From NCBI RefSeq assembly GCF_018350175.1, contig NC_058368.1, positions 50,221,815-50,285,814 on the forward strand: a stretch of DNA of 64,000 bases, read 5' to 3'. Made by a program: the position numbers and the translations under genes. Positions within the stretch are counted from its first letter, which is position 1, and every line of letters starts with the position of its first letter. This DNA comes from Felis catus. Taxonomy: Eukaryota. This document shows, one piece after another, positions 1 through 12,054 of this stretch. The notes below the pieces were generated by a model, which saw nothing but the letters and a program-made list of their open reading frames with translations, ran no database searches and was not told the DNA's origin.

Positions 1-136
1 CTTTGACTTTGTAGGCCACATCAGTGTCTGTCACATATTCTTTGTTGTTTTTTTTATGACTGTTTGAAAATAAAAAATATCCTTAGCTCATGATTTGTGC
101 ATATCCTGATGGTGGGCTGTAATTTGCTGACCTCTG
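1..136 (+). mobile_element. MER58-like hAT-Charlie DNA transposon remnant (3' part, cut by window edge)
   Basis: 'gtaggccacatcagtgtctgtcacatattc...cttagctc...gtgggctgtaatttgctgacctctg' resembles the MER58B right end as remembered. Confidence 0.6.
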
Positions 137-291
137 ATGTAGTTGCTGCACTGAGAGCTCATCTGGAGCTCTTGGTGAGGAGCCTCTGTTCCTGCATGGG
201 CCTCTCCCATAGCTGCTTGAGCTGCCTCATGACATGGTACCTGGATTCAGAGAGGAAACCTTTCAGGAGGATAAGCCCTCATGTGCAGGTG

Positions 292-377
292 TGTCATGTG
301 GCCAAGCAGAGAATCAGTGGGAGGGGACCACGCATGTCACGTGGCCAAGGAGAGAATCAGTGGGAGGGGACCATGTA
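292..377. repeat. 43-bp tandem duplication (2 copies) in LMO7 intron
   Basis: tgtcatgtggccaagcagagaatcagtgggaggggaccacgca (292-334) followed by tgtcacgtggccaaggagagaatcagtgggaggggaccatgta (335-377). Confidence 0.9.
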
Positions 378-1611
378 ATGGCCTGGATGCCAAGAGGATG
401 AGTCACGGGGGGCCTCTCAAGTACGGTCTACACATGAACCGGCGTGAAGATGGTTCTAATATAATACATACTCCATGGAATAAAGTGAGTTATGAAGAGT
501 ATGCATTGTGGAATAATCCCAGTTGGTTAAGAAAGTTAAAACCATGAACACATTACATACGTGTATAGATATGGCTGTACTTACGTAAATTTGTATCTGT
601 TTGTAACTCTGTAAACAGGAGAAGTCTAGAAGTTAACAGTGGTTACCTCTGGGAATTAGGGCAGGTAAATTGTGGTAAGTGAGGGTGGTCGGGGGGACTA
701 TATTCATCCCTCAGATACCCCTCTATACCGCTTGGGTCCTTTTCATCATGATGATGTAGTATTTCTCTAATTATAAAAGAAAAAAATGCATATTTTACAC
801 TTGGGATAAAAGATCAAGTTTTAAATGTAGTAACAAAATTGACCTGTTAGAAAGTAACCATTTATAATTTGGAGTCGACCTTTGTAGATCAGAATTTATG
901 TAAGCACTTGACTTTGTTTAAGAGAGGTTTTCCAGAAGTTGTATTTAATTCAGTTTGTGAGCTAAGTTCTATATTAAGTGCATATTCACTTTAAGGGAAG
1001 TGGCTGGTGAATGCTTCCACAAGATAGACATTGAAGAGTTGACTAAATTCAGGGTTTGGGGTGGTGAGTGAATGAGGACTGCATAGTAGGAATGGTCTGG
1101 ATTACCCTGGAATCAGACAGACACTGTTGAAAGCCAGTTCTACCTAGCTCTTTTTCCTATGGAGAAGTTAGCATCTGTGAGATATAAAAAAATTGTATAT
1201 AGTGTGTGAAAAATAAAAATTTTGGCTATGTTTAGTCTAACACCTGATATATATAAGTGCCTAAAATGATATTTTTTGGTTCAATTTTAAAAATTAAGGT
1301 ATGTCTATTCAGCTGAATATTTAAAGGAAGAATGTAGTAGTTTATTTTTAAAAAAATAATATTTTCCACTTTGGTGTTTTTTATTTTATCTAAGCACCAA
1401 GTAAATAAAAATAAATGAAGATTACTTGAATATGAAACATCATGATTCTGATGAAAAGAAACTTTGGTTATTAGTGGCAACTTTATATGTAACGGGACTC
1501 GCTAGATTAATACCTACTTACAAAATACAGAAGGTAGATATTTTAGTGACTGTAATGATAGATTCTAGTTGAATGTATTATATAACCTTAATTAACCCTT
1601 TCTGTGTTCAG

Positions 1612-1893
1612 AGGCGAATCTCTAGATAACCTGGATTCCCCAAGATCCAATTCCTGGAAACCATCCCCTTGGCTCAATCAGTCTTCAGGAGTCCATGCTT
1701 CCTCCTCCGTTCAAGACTTCAGTCGCCCACCACCTCAGCTGGTGTCCACGTCAAACCGTGCCTACATGCGGAATCCATCCTCCAGCGTTCCCCCTCCTTC
1801 CACTGGTTCTGTGAAGACCACCACCGCGCCTTCTCCCGCACCACGCAGCCATTCTCCTTCAGCATCACAGCTGGGCTCCCAGCTACGCAACAG
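1612..1893 (+). CDS. LMO7: LIM domain only protein 7, internal coding exon (Ser/Pro-rich region before LIM domain), phase 2-2
   Basis: Acceptor 'ctttctgtgttcag|A' and donor 'CAG|gtgaga'; translates GESLDNLDSPRSNSWKPSPWLNQ...VQDFSRPPPQLVSTSNRAYMRNPSSSVPPP...SQLRN, recognisable as the LMO7 C-terminal region. Confidence 0.95.
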
Positions 1894-3526
1894 GTGAGAA
1901 CCCTAGTCTTGGGGTATTTTTTCATTAAAATTTCCCCAGAGTCTTGTCCAAGTTTTCTGGTGAAAACCAAAACCAAGCCTTTTGGAATCTGTCAAATTCA
2001 GCGTTCCTTTACCAACATTAATTAAGGCTTTCTTAATAGCTTTCCATGCTGCCCTAAGAGCATCTACGGATGTCTTGTGAAGCCATCGGAGACTTTTGAA
2101 ACATGTGCTTCATTGCCACTGTCCCGTTTGCTTGTGGTCTGTGCACATGTACTTGTGTAGTTCTCAACGTGGAAGCATAAAAATATACAGTAATTTGTGA
2201 ATGCATTTGAAATTTATGAGTAAGAGCAGTATTGTAAATGACTTTTATTGAGACTATATGCAAACTCTTTTTTTAATAGGAACTGAGTGTAAAAGGAAAG
2301 CATTATAACCCAGCTCCATTGTCTGTGCAACTTTTAACAAGCTGGAGAAAAAATGTTAAGTAGTTAGATACTGCTTTTTTTGTTTTTGATTTTCAAACCA
2401 TTGCTGGCTACTTATGTAGTTTGCCAATATTTTGTTCAGACTACAGAACCCAGTTCTGTAGGTTATATGATGCAGGAACTGGTTAGAGTCGTATCCATAG
2501 ACCTTGACTCAGCTTGTCTTCTGATGTGGAGTAAAACTCAGACATCAGCCTGTGTTAGGTTGTGAGGTTTGTTAGCCTCTGCACAGACCCAGTGCTTCAA
2601 GAAGCCGTGTGTATACTCCGAAGGGAGTTCTAGGAATATAGTACTTTCCATTGCAATGAAATACTGAAGAGTAAAAACACGGTGATTAATATTGGAATTT
2701 TTTTTTAGCTATCAAATGAGGGATTTGTTAAGAAGACATAGCCATCTAAAATAATGTTACTTGTTCCAGGATCTCTAAAGTGTGTATCATGGAGTTTTGA
2801 ATTAAGAAGGGATACGAATTTGTGGTAATTGTGGGGAGAGATGAAGGCTATGGAGTTGGAGGAAGGCAGAGGACAGAGTGTGCACTTACTTATCTGAGAG
2901 CTCTGCCCTATAAGAGCAGATAGGAGACGGGCTGTTGACTTTTTTGCCCTGGAAATGTCTCTCTCAAGGAGGCAGCATGGGCAGTGATACACTGTCAGTG
3001 TCACTACTGTGCTAGTACGATGGGATGCAATGGTAAGAAGTGACCTTTACCTTCCCACCTGGGACAGGAGAGACATACATCCAGGGGAGAGTAGAACCCC
3101 TCCTTACCTATGTAAATGGTAGCTGTCAGCCAACTGTCACCCAGAGGCATCCTGGAAGCCAGAGGCACCGTCCGGAACACTGGGACTTCTGGGTAACTAG
3201 AATAGCAAGTGAGTGAGAAAGAGGCTGGGAAAACAAGGTTGAGATGGTAGAGGAGATGTGATCTAAGGACAGTAACGTCAGGAGGTACAGAATGGACGAA
3301 TTACACTGAAATTGTTCATTTGTACAAATAGGTGTCAAGGGTTTCGGAACCACCATGGAGATCTTTCAAGGTACAACATAGCATACTTTGATTGTCTGGT
3401 GACCACTCTCCTCCCACAGATACATACTTTCTTAAGTAGTTATTAATGTTAATGCCAGAGTGTGATTTTAAGTAACCTTGATTTGAGCAGATGAAAGCCT
3501 CCCTTCCATTCTTGTTCCGCGTCTAG

Positions 3527-3635
3527 GTCAGTCAGTGGGAAGCGCATGTGCTCCTACTGTAATAACATTCTGGGCAAAGGAGCCGCCATGATCATCGAGT
3601 CCCTGGGTCTTTGTTATCATTTGCATTGTTTTAAG
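3527..3635 (+). CDS. LMO7: LMO7 exon encoding first zinc finger of the LIM domain, phase 2-0
   Basis: Acceptor 'ttccgcgtctag|G', donor 'AAG|gtgaga'; (R)[36 protein letters not shown] = C-x2-C-x19-H-x2-C. Confidence 0.96.
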
Positions 3636-4747
3636 GTGAGACGGAGACAGACAGCCTGTAGGCCCGCAAAGCTTTGCTTGGAGAGCGCATGGCTTCTTTG
3701 CGCGCTGGGTGTGGATGTGTCACTAACAAAACTCCGTGCTACATGCGTCAGTCTGTGCTGCACTTTGAATCACAAATTGCCTGTTCTCAAATCTTAAACT
3801 AGTTTCAAAAATTAAGTCCAGAAACACTATGTACTGCCAGCCTCCAATCTGTTAAGATTCTAGAAGTCAAATTTACAGCCTATAAATGCTTCATCTAACA
3901 TGCTGTCATAGGCATACCTGAAATAAAATTTACCAGTGTTATTAAGAGCATGGGGACATGCAATTCCAAGTGTCTGAAAGCTTAGCTTTACTAGGGAGAG
4001 TATGTGAAGAAGAACATTGTAAATATTTTTATAGCTGCAAAGCCTGCTTACACCTGGTGGGTTTCTGCCCATAGGAACGAAGCCTGTAATTACTTTTTTT
4101 TTTCTTCAATATCTATCTTTAGGGACACATCTATGTGATTCTAGAACTTGCATTGGGCCAGAAAGAGACTTTGGTTCTTATTCCTGGAGTCTCGCAGACC
4201 ACAGCTTGTTTAAGCCTGTGTGTTGCTGGCTTGAGTGGTTCCTGGGCAGAACAGAACGAGTCCAAGTAATTAGTGTTTGAACATGTGGAACCGATATATG
4301 TTGCCTTGAAGTGAAAGTGCCGTGTCCAAACGCTTGCCAGGCTGGTGCAGTGGGGACACTAGGTGTTGCCCACCCCAGAGGAAAGTGCCAGAAACCCACT
4401 CCTCATTTACCTTACTAGTTCATGCAATGCCTTATCCTCTCACATTCCCCTACAAGAAACGAAGACTGAATTCTTTCAAGCTAATCAGCAAATCATTTTT
4501 ACTCTTTTGGTATATTTAGAATGATAATTTTGACTCTTAAAATTGGACTTAAGAATTCTTTAATGTCTCATCTGGCAGGCTTGATTTTCATCTACTAATT
4601 ATCTTTTGGGCTTTTCCCCCCCCCTTTGCTGAAATGTATTTAAGAGCTTAGAAGCTGCATTCTGCTCAATCTTTTCTTGTTTTTACCTAAGAGTGCCCCA
4701 AGACTTCCTGAGCTGACTGACTGTGGTGGTTCTTTCTCATTCCTCAG

Positions 4748-4850
4748 TGCATTGCCTGTGAGCGTGACCTCGGAGGCTCCTCCTCAGGAGCTGAAGTCAG
4801 AATCAGAAACCACCAACTGTACTGCAATGACTGCTATCTCAGATACAAAT
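4748..4850 (+). CDS. LMO7: LMO7 penultimate coding exon (103 nt), second zinc finger of the LIM domain, phase 0-1
   Basis: Acceptor 'ttctcattcctcag|TGC', donor 'AAAT|gtaaga'; CIACERDLGGSSSGAEVRIRNHQLYCNDCYLRYK = C-x2-C-x21-C-x2-C (not the frame shown in the ORF track). Confidence 0.96.
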
Positions 4851-6177
4851 GTAAGAGAGCAAATCAGGGAGAAAATTTCTTGTCTTCTAAGGAGACCACG
4901 GGTTCCCGGGCATTTCCCTGAACCTGCATCCACATTCCCCTCAACCTCCCTGCCTTAGATGCCAGGCTTTAGGAATCTTAGTGTGTCCCCCTCAAAGAGG
5001 CTGCGGTGAGTGGGTCAGTGCTCCAATGCCAGCCACACTCTGGTGGCTCAGGGGTGGAGAGTGAGGAATTGGAAAGGGACGTATGGCTGAAGCAGGACAG
5101 CATTCTGTGCTGTCTGCTCAGTGTTTGGAGAAACTTCTAATGACGAGGATATCAACAAACCAAAACAGACAGCTAAAATGATCCTTCTGGGTAGACTGTA
5201 AGCTGTTTTTTGGCAAAGAGTTGGTCCCTCATCATTAGCTGATTCCTATTAGCTAACAGTGGGCTTTGATTATGTGATTCAGAACATGACCAACTTTAAA
5301 ACCTATGATTTAAAAAAGTAATAAAGAATAGTTTATGCTTTGTTGCTATACAATCGTATATCCGTATATACAATATTTTAAAAAGGAGAACGTTTATTCT
5401 GATTATATGGTGTTTCAGTGTCATTTTTGGAAAAACTGAGTTTTTTAAAAACTTCACATGCTGGTTTGTGTCTAAGCACGTTTTTGTTTGTGTGTTAATA
5501 AAACATAAGATAGCACAAATAGATTGCATATTGTTTATAGCCACATAAAGACAACTATTACTGCTGTTTATATTTTGAACCTTGATGCTGGTAACATGTG
5601 TTTCTTCCTTATTGTGAAAGGGTGTTACAAGTGGTATCAGCAAAACCATTTGCTTTTGAACTCTGAGGTATTTATATGGCCCTTTATGTGAAGAGTGCTT
5701 TGAAAATGGTTTCAGCTCAGTCAACTCTCTCTTATCTGTCAGCGGGTTGTGAACCTTCTCTCCCCAGCATCCCGTCCTTTGGATGCGACCACTGAGGTTG
5801 GAGAGTGGCAAGGCTGGGCATGTAATGGCGGGAGTGTGTGTATGTGTGTGCGCTTTTCTCTCTTTAATCAAATTCCCAAGCCAAATATATTTGATCTTTG
5901 GAATCTTCAGGGGAAAATTGCCCATGCCTTTTCTCTCCTCCAGTACAAATAATAGAGAGTTGAGTGTAATTTCTATATTAGCAGTTTATTTTTATAAATA
6001 AAGAATTTTAGAAACGAGGCTGTGATTTGCCTAGCTTTACCCTAAGTGAGTGACAAGGTCACGCTTTCTACCTCATGGGGCCATTCTCTGAGTGATTACC
6101 ACTATGTATCCCAGGCAGCGATACTCAAGTATTTCTCAGGCCTAAGTACTTTTCTTTTTTTCTCCTTGCCCGATCAG

Positions 6178-6200
6178 CTGGACGGCCAACCGCCATGTGA
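6178..6200 (+). CDS. LMO7: LMO7 terminal coding segment (S)GRPTAM-stop
   Basis: Long polypyrimidine tract then 'cgatcag|CT GGA CGG CCA ACC GCC ATG TGA'; phase matches the upstream exon; matches the remembered LMO7 C-terminus SGRPTAM. Confidence 0.93.
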
Positions 6201-6965
6201 TGTAAGCCTCCCTGCGAAAGCACTGTTGCAGATAGAAGAAGAGGTGGTTGCTGCTGATGTAGATCTATAAATACATGTTGGATTTCTTTTGTGCTCTTTT
6301 TTAAAAAGGATAACACTTTTTTTTTTTTTTTTTTTTGCCTCTCTAGATTACATCAGAGCATTATAGTCTTGGTAGAACGTGTATTTTTGTTGTTGTTGTT
6401 TATTTATAAGAAGGTAATTCTGTATGGGGGGAAAAGTGCAGTATTTACTTTTTGAAGTCAGCATCTTAAAAAGCACAAGGGAAAAATAAGAACTTCAAAG
6501 TATTTTTGGAGCTGATAATGATCTAGTTTGACTTTCTAGTGGTGTTTTGAAGAGGGTTATTTTATTGTTTCTTTTTTAAAAAGGTTCTGAAACATTATTT
6601 GAAATAGTTAATATAAATATATGATTGCATTTGCTGTTTATTGTAATGTATACCAAATTAATACAGAACCGTATAGAGAATGTCACTAAAATCTACCCAC
6701 AAATTTGCCTTCTGTATCCTTCTTTTCATCTATGTAATATTGTGCTTTTTTTTTTAAGAAAAACTTTTAGCATACGTGACATTTTATTTGCTTGATGAAG
6801 AGATCTCTATTTTCTTCAGAATTGTCGCTAAGCAGTTCTCAATAGAAAGCTGCTGTTTTTCATTAATACAAAATCATCAGGGTTTGTATACCAAAAGTTT
6901 TCTCCAGGAACTAACAAGCCTTTCTGTTCATTGCATTTGTAAATAAACTTGCTGTTGCATTAAGG
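6201..6965 (+). other. LMO7: LMO7 3'UTR (U/AU-rich); 3' end approximate
   Basis: Repeat-free U-rich sequence between the stop codon and the AATAAA hexamer at 6942. Confidence 0.75.
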
Positions 6966-7004
6966 AATGGTTCTCCTTTTTCTTCTCTGTGTGTGTGTTT
7001 GTCT
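6942..7004 (+). terminator. Polyadenylation signal AATAAA plus downstream U/GU-rich element
   Basis: AATAAA at 6942-6947 directly preceded by TGTA; 'ttctcctttttcttctctgtgtgtgtgtttgt' ~25-55 nt downstream. Confidence 0.8.
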
Positions 7005-7051
7005 ACCTCCCAAACCTTTTAATCCTATTTCAGTATGTGGCTTTTCTTGAT

Positions 7052-7195
7052 ATTTTTTTATTTAGCGTCTTTACTGAGATATAAACTAACATATAATCAA
7101 CTTCATATATTTAAACTGTACAATATGACAAGTTAAATATGTGTGAATACCTATGAAATTATCACCATACTCTTGATGATGTTTTATGTGGAAAA
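7052..7195 (-). mobile_element. Old L1M (L1MB-like) 3' end fragment
   Basis: 'tttactgagatataaactaacatataat...tttaaactgtacaatatga...atacctatgaaattatcacca' is typical antisense L1M 3'UTR. Confidence 0.55.
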
Positions 7196-7351
7196 CTTTC
7201 ACTAGGAACTTTATTTTAGAGGGAAGGTTATTTCTGAATGCAGTACACTTCGATAGTAAGAGGTGAAATGGATAGTACATTGTTGAATCATTTGGTTAAA
7301 ATCTTCATTCTTCTTCCCCAATGATAAAAGAAAATAGTGGTTTAGAAAAAC

Positions 7352-7677
7352 CTTCATATGTTTTCAGTCATATGTGGATTTTGAGAAACTTAACAGAAGA
7401 CCATGGGAGAAGAGAAGAAAAAAAGATAGTTACAGAGAGGGAAGCAAACCATTAGAAACTCCTAAATACAGAGAACAAACTGAGGGTTGATCGGGGTGGA
7501 GAAGCCAGGGGTGGGAGGGGGAGGCAATGGGTGATGGGCATTGAGGAGGGCACTTGTTGGAATGAGCACCGGGTATTGTATGTAAGTGATGTATCACGGG
7601 AATCTACTCCTGAAGCCAAGAGCACACTGTATAGTATGTTACCTAACTTGACAATAAATTTTATATATTAAAAAAAT
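7352..7677 (+). mobile_element. Carnivore L1 3'UTR fragment (5'-truncated)
   Basis: 'gagaacaaactgagggttga...gggtgatgggcattgaggagggcacttgttggaatgagcac...gacaataaatt' followed by an A-rich tail. Confidence 0.85.
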
Positions 7678-7932
7678 CTATGTAGAAAAAAACACATGTA
7701 CTTTGTTTTAGAAATCTGGAATGGCAATGTAAGAATAGAAAACTAGCATGTTTTGAGCAAAAATATCAACTTGCACGAATCTTTTGTAACAAAGTAGATA
7801 ATTCTAGGGTATGAGAACTGTATTCGGAATAGGTTAGAAATAAGCTCTAATATGGGAGAAAATTTAAAATTTAGTTTGCTCTTATTTTTTAGTACTTATT
7901 TTATTTAATCTAAAATAAAGAATGTGCTTCCT

Positions 7933-8041
7933 GGGGCACCTGGTTGGCTCAGTTGGTAGAGCATGATTCTTGATCTCAGAGTTGTAAGCTTAAGCCCCAC
8001 GTTGGGTGTAGAGATTACTTAAAAATAAAATCTTAAAAAAA
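7933..8041 (+). mobile_element. Short old-type Can-SINE (tRNA-Lys-derived, lacks CT-repeat body)
   Basis: ggggcacctggttggctcagttggtagagc...gggtgtagagattacttaaaaataaaatc; flanking direct repeat aatgtgctt. Confidence 0.85.
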
Positions 8042-8353
8042 TGTGCTTATTGATGAAAATTTATCAAATGCCTCAAAGCATAAATTTCTCAATTCCCAAA
8101 CTCCAATGACAAGAGCTCTGTTTGGATTCATTCTGTATACATTTACCCTACATTCTTGGTTAACACTGGATTGTGAATTTTTCTGTGTTCTTAAAATCGT
8201 TTCTATTTATCTTTATTAATGGTTAATATTTAGTTGATGATTCTAATGGGCATATTTCAGTTGTTTCTAGTAAGCATTTTAATATATGCAATGATTACAT
8301 ATTTACATATAAATGTATTTCTAGCTTAAATCCTGTAATGGACTCTTTGATCA

Positions 8354-8559
8354 TTTTCTTTTTTCTTTTTTTAAAGTTTATTTTGAGAGAAAGAGCACAG
8401 GGAGGGAGGAGCAGAGAGAGGGAGAGAGAAAATCCCAAGCAGGTTCTGTGTTGCCAGTGCAGAGCCCAGCATGGGGCTTATCTTACCAACTGTGAGATCA
8501 TGGCCTAAGCCAAGATCAACAGTTGGACGCTTAACTGATTTAGCCACCCCAGTGCCCCC
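8354..8559 (-). mobile_element. Can-SINE
   Basis: Antisense T-rich tail, (GA)-rich body and tRNA-like head ending 'gccaccccagtgccccc'. Confidence 0.9.
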
Positions 8560-8953
8560 ATTTTATCTCTTTATGTTGTCATAGATATGAATTTACTGAC
8601 CCAGAATATAAGCGCATGCTTAAAATATGCATTTTAAGACTGTCACAATATATATTGCCAAAGTGGTTTCTGGAAAGATGCTACCAGCTTAGATCCCATG
8701 AGCAGCACATGGGCTTGTCCATTTCACCGCATGCTTGCCAAAATGAGTTTCTATTGCCTTGTTGTCTGCCTGACACGCAGTAGCCCTCAATATGTAGTAG
8801 CTGCAGAAATTAATAAACTGCTTCAATTTGTCATGTTAATTCTGCTGCTTCTTGCCTGTAGCACGAACTTTAGTTCTTACATCATGATTTTAGTTTTCTG
8901 ATCTGACATTTTTTCTGTTACTCCTTTTCATCTAAGTCTCTTGTGTTTTCATC

Positions 8954-9166
8954 TTTTTTTTTTAACGTTTATTTATTTTTGAGAGAGAGAGAGACAGAGC
9001 ATGAGCAGGGGAGGGTGGGAGAGAGAGGAAAACACAGAATCTGAAACAGGCTCCAGGCTTTGAGCTGTCAGCACAGAGCCCAACGCGGGGCTCGAACTCA
9101 TGGACCGTGAGATCATGACCTGAGCCGAAGTTGGACGCTTAACCGACTGAGCCACCCAGGTGCTCC
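8954..9166 (-). mobile_element. Felid Can-SINE (SINEC_Fc type)
   Basis: Full-length; 'ggctccaggctttgagctgtcagcacagagccc'; TSD tcttgtgttttca on both sides. Confidence 0.95.
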
Positions 9167-9382
9167 AGTCTTGTGTTTTCACCTTATCTGTTCACTTTTC
9201 ATCTCATTATGTTCTTACGACTTTTTTCTCATGTTTCTCACGTTATCTTGCTTAGTGATATCAATTTTGTTAGTATAAATTGTTAAGACGGTTTTCAGAG
9301 GTTTTCTTCTAAGACACTGGTTCTAGATACCTTTGTAGAAGCACATGAGTATGTGTTACTTCATCTAGGAACAAGGAAAGAT

Positions 9383-10530
9383 TCAGTCATTCAGTATTTT
9401 TTAATTGTACTTTATGTCCCAGGTAGTTTTGGGCACTGTAGATAGAGCAACAAATCAATACAAAGTCTTGCTTCTGATTGGGCTTAGATTTCAAGTGGGG
9501 GGAGAGAAAGGATAAATGCAGGAAAATGTAACTTATAATAAGGGCATCGAAAAACAAATGACCCAAGGTATAAGGAGGATCGACTAAGTGTGAAAATGAG
9601 AGTTTGACCATGCATTTTGTTTGTTTGCTTGTTTTTTGTTGTTTTGTTTTGTTTTGTTTTGTTTTGTTTTGTAAGGGTTGTCAGAGACTGCCTCTTTGAC
9701 CTTTGAGCCAAGCCCTGAAGGAATGAGGGAGCAAACCTTACAGGTACTTGAGAGGAAAGCATTCCAGACACAGAGGTGAGCAAGTGCAAAAGTCTTGAGG
9801 TAGGAGAATACATGCTGTGTTCACGAAACAACCATGGGGTTGGAACAGAATGAAAGGGAGGTAGGAGATGTGGAGAGGGAAGGCACAGGTCAGCGGGCTG
9901 TTATAGGACTTTGGACCTTACTTTGAGACAAAGAGATGTCGGAGGGTTGAGCAGAGGAGTGAAATAAATTACGGTTTATAAGGACTACAGACCACTGTGT
10001 GAACTAGAGATTGGAGGAGGGCAAAGGTAAAAGCAAGGAGACGAGTTTGGATTCTATTGAAATGGTCCAAGCAGAAGACGGTTTTCTTCAACAGGGTAGG
10101 GGCAGGGGAGGGAAGGAGGAGTAGGCAGATTATATGGCGTGTGGATGGGTCTTGGAGGTGAAGCTGACAATTCGATGATGGACTGCATGGACCGGGAGAG
10201 AAAGGGAAGAGTCAAAGTCTATAGTATTGTCTTGAGGAACTGAAAAATGGAATCTTCATTTCTTGGAAGGGGTCAGGTTGTGGGTAAAGCACATTTGTGG
10301 TAGTGGGGCAGGGAGATCAGAGGTTTGGTTTTTAAACAGGGTAAAGGTTGAACAGTCTATAGATCATGAAATGACAGTGTCGAGTAAGCAGCTGGCTAGG
10401 CACGTCTGGAGTTCAAGGGTTCAGAGATGAATGTGGAGCCCATCAATATATAGCTAAAACTAAAGCCAAGAACCAGGAAGACTCATCTGGGTTCTGAGTA
10501 AATAGAGAAGGTGTCCAAGGACAGCGCTAA
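9383..10530 (-). mobile_element. L2 LINE remnant containing a (GTTTT)n tract at ~9616-9671
   Basis: Antisense L2 3' end 'cagtcattcagtattt...tttatgtcccagg' followed by purine-rich L2 body ('agcattccagacacagagg...agcaagtgcaaaagtcttgagg'). Confidence 0.75.
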
Positions 10531-11251
10531 CTTCAGAAAGGAAAGTAGGATGAAAGTTTGTTGTATTCAAGAATGTAAACTTGGCATTTTACCTAATTTT
10601 CATTTATATCACAGGGTGAGAACTAGCCAAACAAATTAGAAACTATCTGGATTCCAATGAAGAGAAACAGAATAATAAGGACTGCCGGTTAGAATTGAGG
10701 GATGTGTCTAAAAGGGTATGTCAGGGTTGGGATTCAACTTGTTTTATTTAGCACTTTAACATCCATCCCTGCAATCTGAAAGAAGGATTAAAGGCATGCT
10801 AACGCAAGTCCCAGTTCATACCAGTAAAAATTGCATTAAAAAAACCCTAATTTGTGTTTAAAATTCATGTGTATGGGACAGGAAAAACCAACTTCCAGAT
10901 TCTTGCCATAAAACACATAGGTGCTGGAAGTATATTTGATGAAGACAAAGCAATCCTTATTCTCGTATGGAGGAGACAGGCACACCCCCACAAGATTCTA
11001 GTACATGGTATAAGAGGCCAGGGAAATAGAGTGTGTGAGAATCTGTGTGTCCTTTACACTAAGGGAGTAGAAGTGACTTCACTGCAGAGTTGCTATTTGA
11101 ACAGCATCTTTAAGAGCAGATCTGTAAATGTTGCAGAGTCAACCACAACGTGTACCATAGTTGTTAGCCTTTATGAATGCTCTGGAAAATTGAGTATTTG
11201 CATTGTGCAAGACTCTGTCTTGCTTTCATAATCAACACCTTGTCAGTGAGG

Positions 11252-11458
11252 TTTTTTTTTTAATGTTTGTTTTTGAGAGAGACAGTGCAAGTGGGGGAGG
11301 GGCAAAGATGGGGGGGGGGGCGGACACACAACGTGAAGCAGGCTCCAGGCTCTGAGCTGTCAGCACAGAGCCTAACGCAGGGCTCGAACTCATGAACAGT
11401 GAGATCATGACCTGAGCCAGAGTCGGACGCTCAACCGACTGAGCCACCCAGGTGCCCC
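11252..11458 (-). mobile_element. Felid Can-SINE
   Basis: Full-length; near-identical flanks ttgtcagtgag / ttgccagtgag. Confidence 0.95.
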
Positions 11459-11861
11459 TTTGCCAGTGAGTTTCTTAAAGAACAACATAGAACAGGAGAA
11501 GGAATGAGAATATTTTATCATATCCAACAAGGAAAGGACCATGTGAGGGAGTAGTTGCTAGAATAGTTAATATGTTCAAGCAAATAAAGATCAACTCATG
11601 GTGGTGATGAGGGGAAAAATTGGGAAATGATAGTTTATGAATACTTTGTGAATATGAATGTACAAAACAGTCATACCTTTTCAGGTTTCTTATATAAAAA
11701 TTCATAAAAACATATCAAGGGTTAAATACTCATCTCTTTATGACTAAATTTTAAACTTCTTAAGATTTTGGAATTTATATGTTATAATCCCATGATATTG
11801 TTTAACACATTCAGTTGACCCCATAACTCTCAAAGATCTGTTTGACAACTCTCTGTGAAGC

Positions 11862-12054
11862 TTTTTAAAAAATGTTTACTTAGTTTTGAGAGAGAGAGCC
11901 TGGGGGAAGAGCAGAGACAGAGGGGGAGAGAGAATCCTAAGCAGGCTCTGCGTTGTCAGCACAGAGCCTGATGTGGGGCTCAAACTCATGAACCATGAAA
12001 TTGTAACCTGAGCCAAAGTCAGACGCTTAACTGACTAAGCCACCCAGGCACCCC
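11862..12054 (-). mobile_element. Can-SINE
   Basis: Antisense head 'gccacccaggcacccc' and GA-rich body. Confidence 0.9.

Noticed and set aside
292..377. Direct repeats as a possible CRISPR-like array
   Set aside because: Only two adjacent units with no spacer, in mammalian intronic DNA; a simple tandem duplication
3527..3535. Alternative acceptors in 'tag|GTCAG|TCAG' (+5 and +9 nt)
   Set aside because: The first AG after the pyrimidine tract gives the expected RSVSGK sequence; no evidence the others are used
4677..4958. ORF-track translation across the LIM exon
   Set aside because: Wrong frame; the splice-phase-consistent frame encodes the LIM zinc finger
5296..5925. Longest ORF in the track (209 aa, minus strand) in the last LMO7 intron
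   Set aside because: No recognisable protein, includes a (CA)-repeat-derived HTHTHT stretch, non-ATG start; consistent with a chance ORF
5997..6002. AATAAA in the last intron as an alternative polyA site
   Set aside because: AT-rich context without a clear GU-rich downstream element; likely chance
7933..8005. tRNA-like sequence with A/B-box-like motifs
   Set aside because: It is the tRNA-Lys-derived head of a Can-SINE with an A-rich tail and TSD, not a tRNA gene
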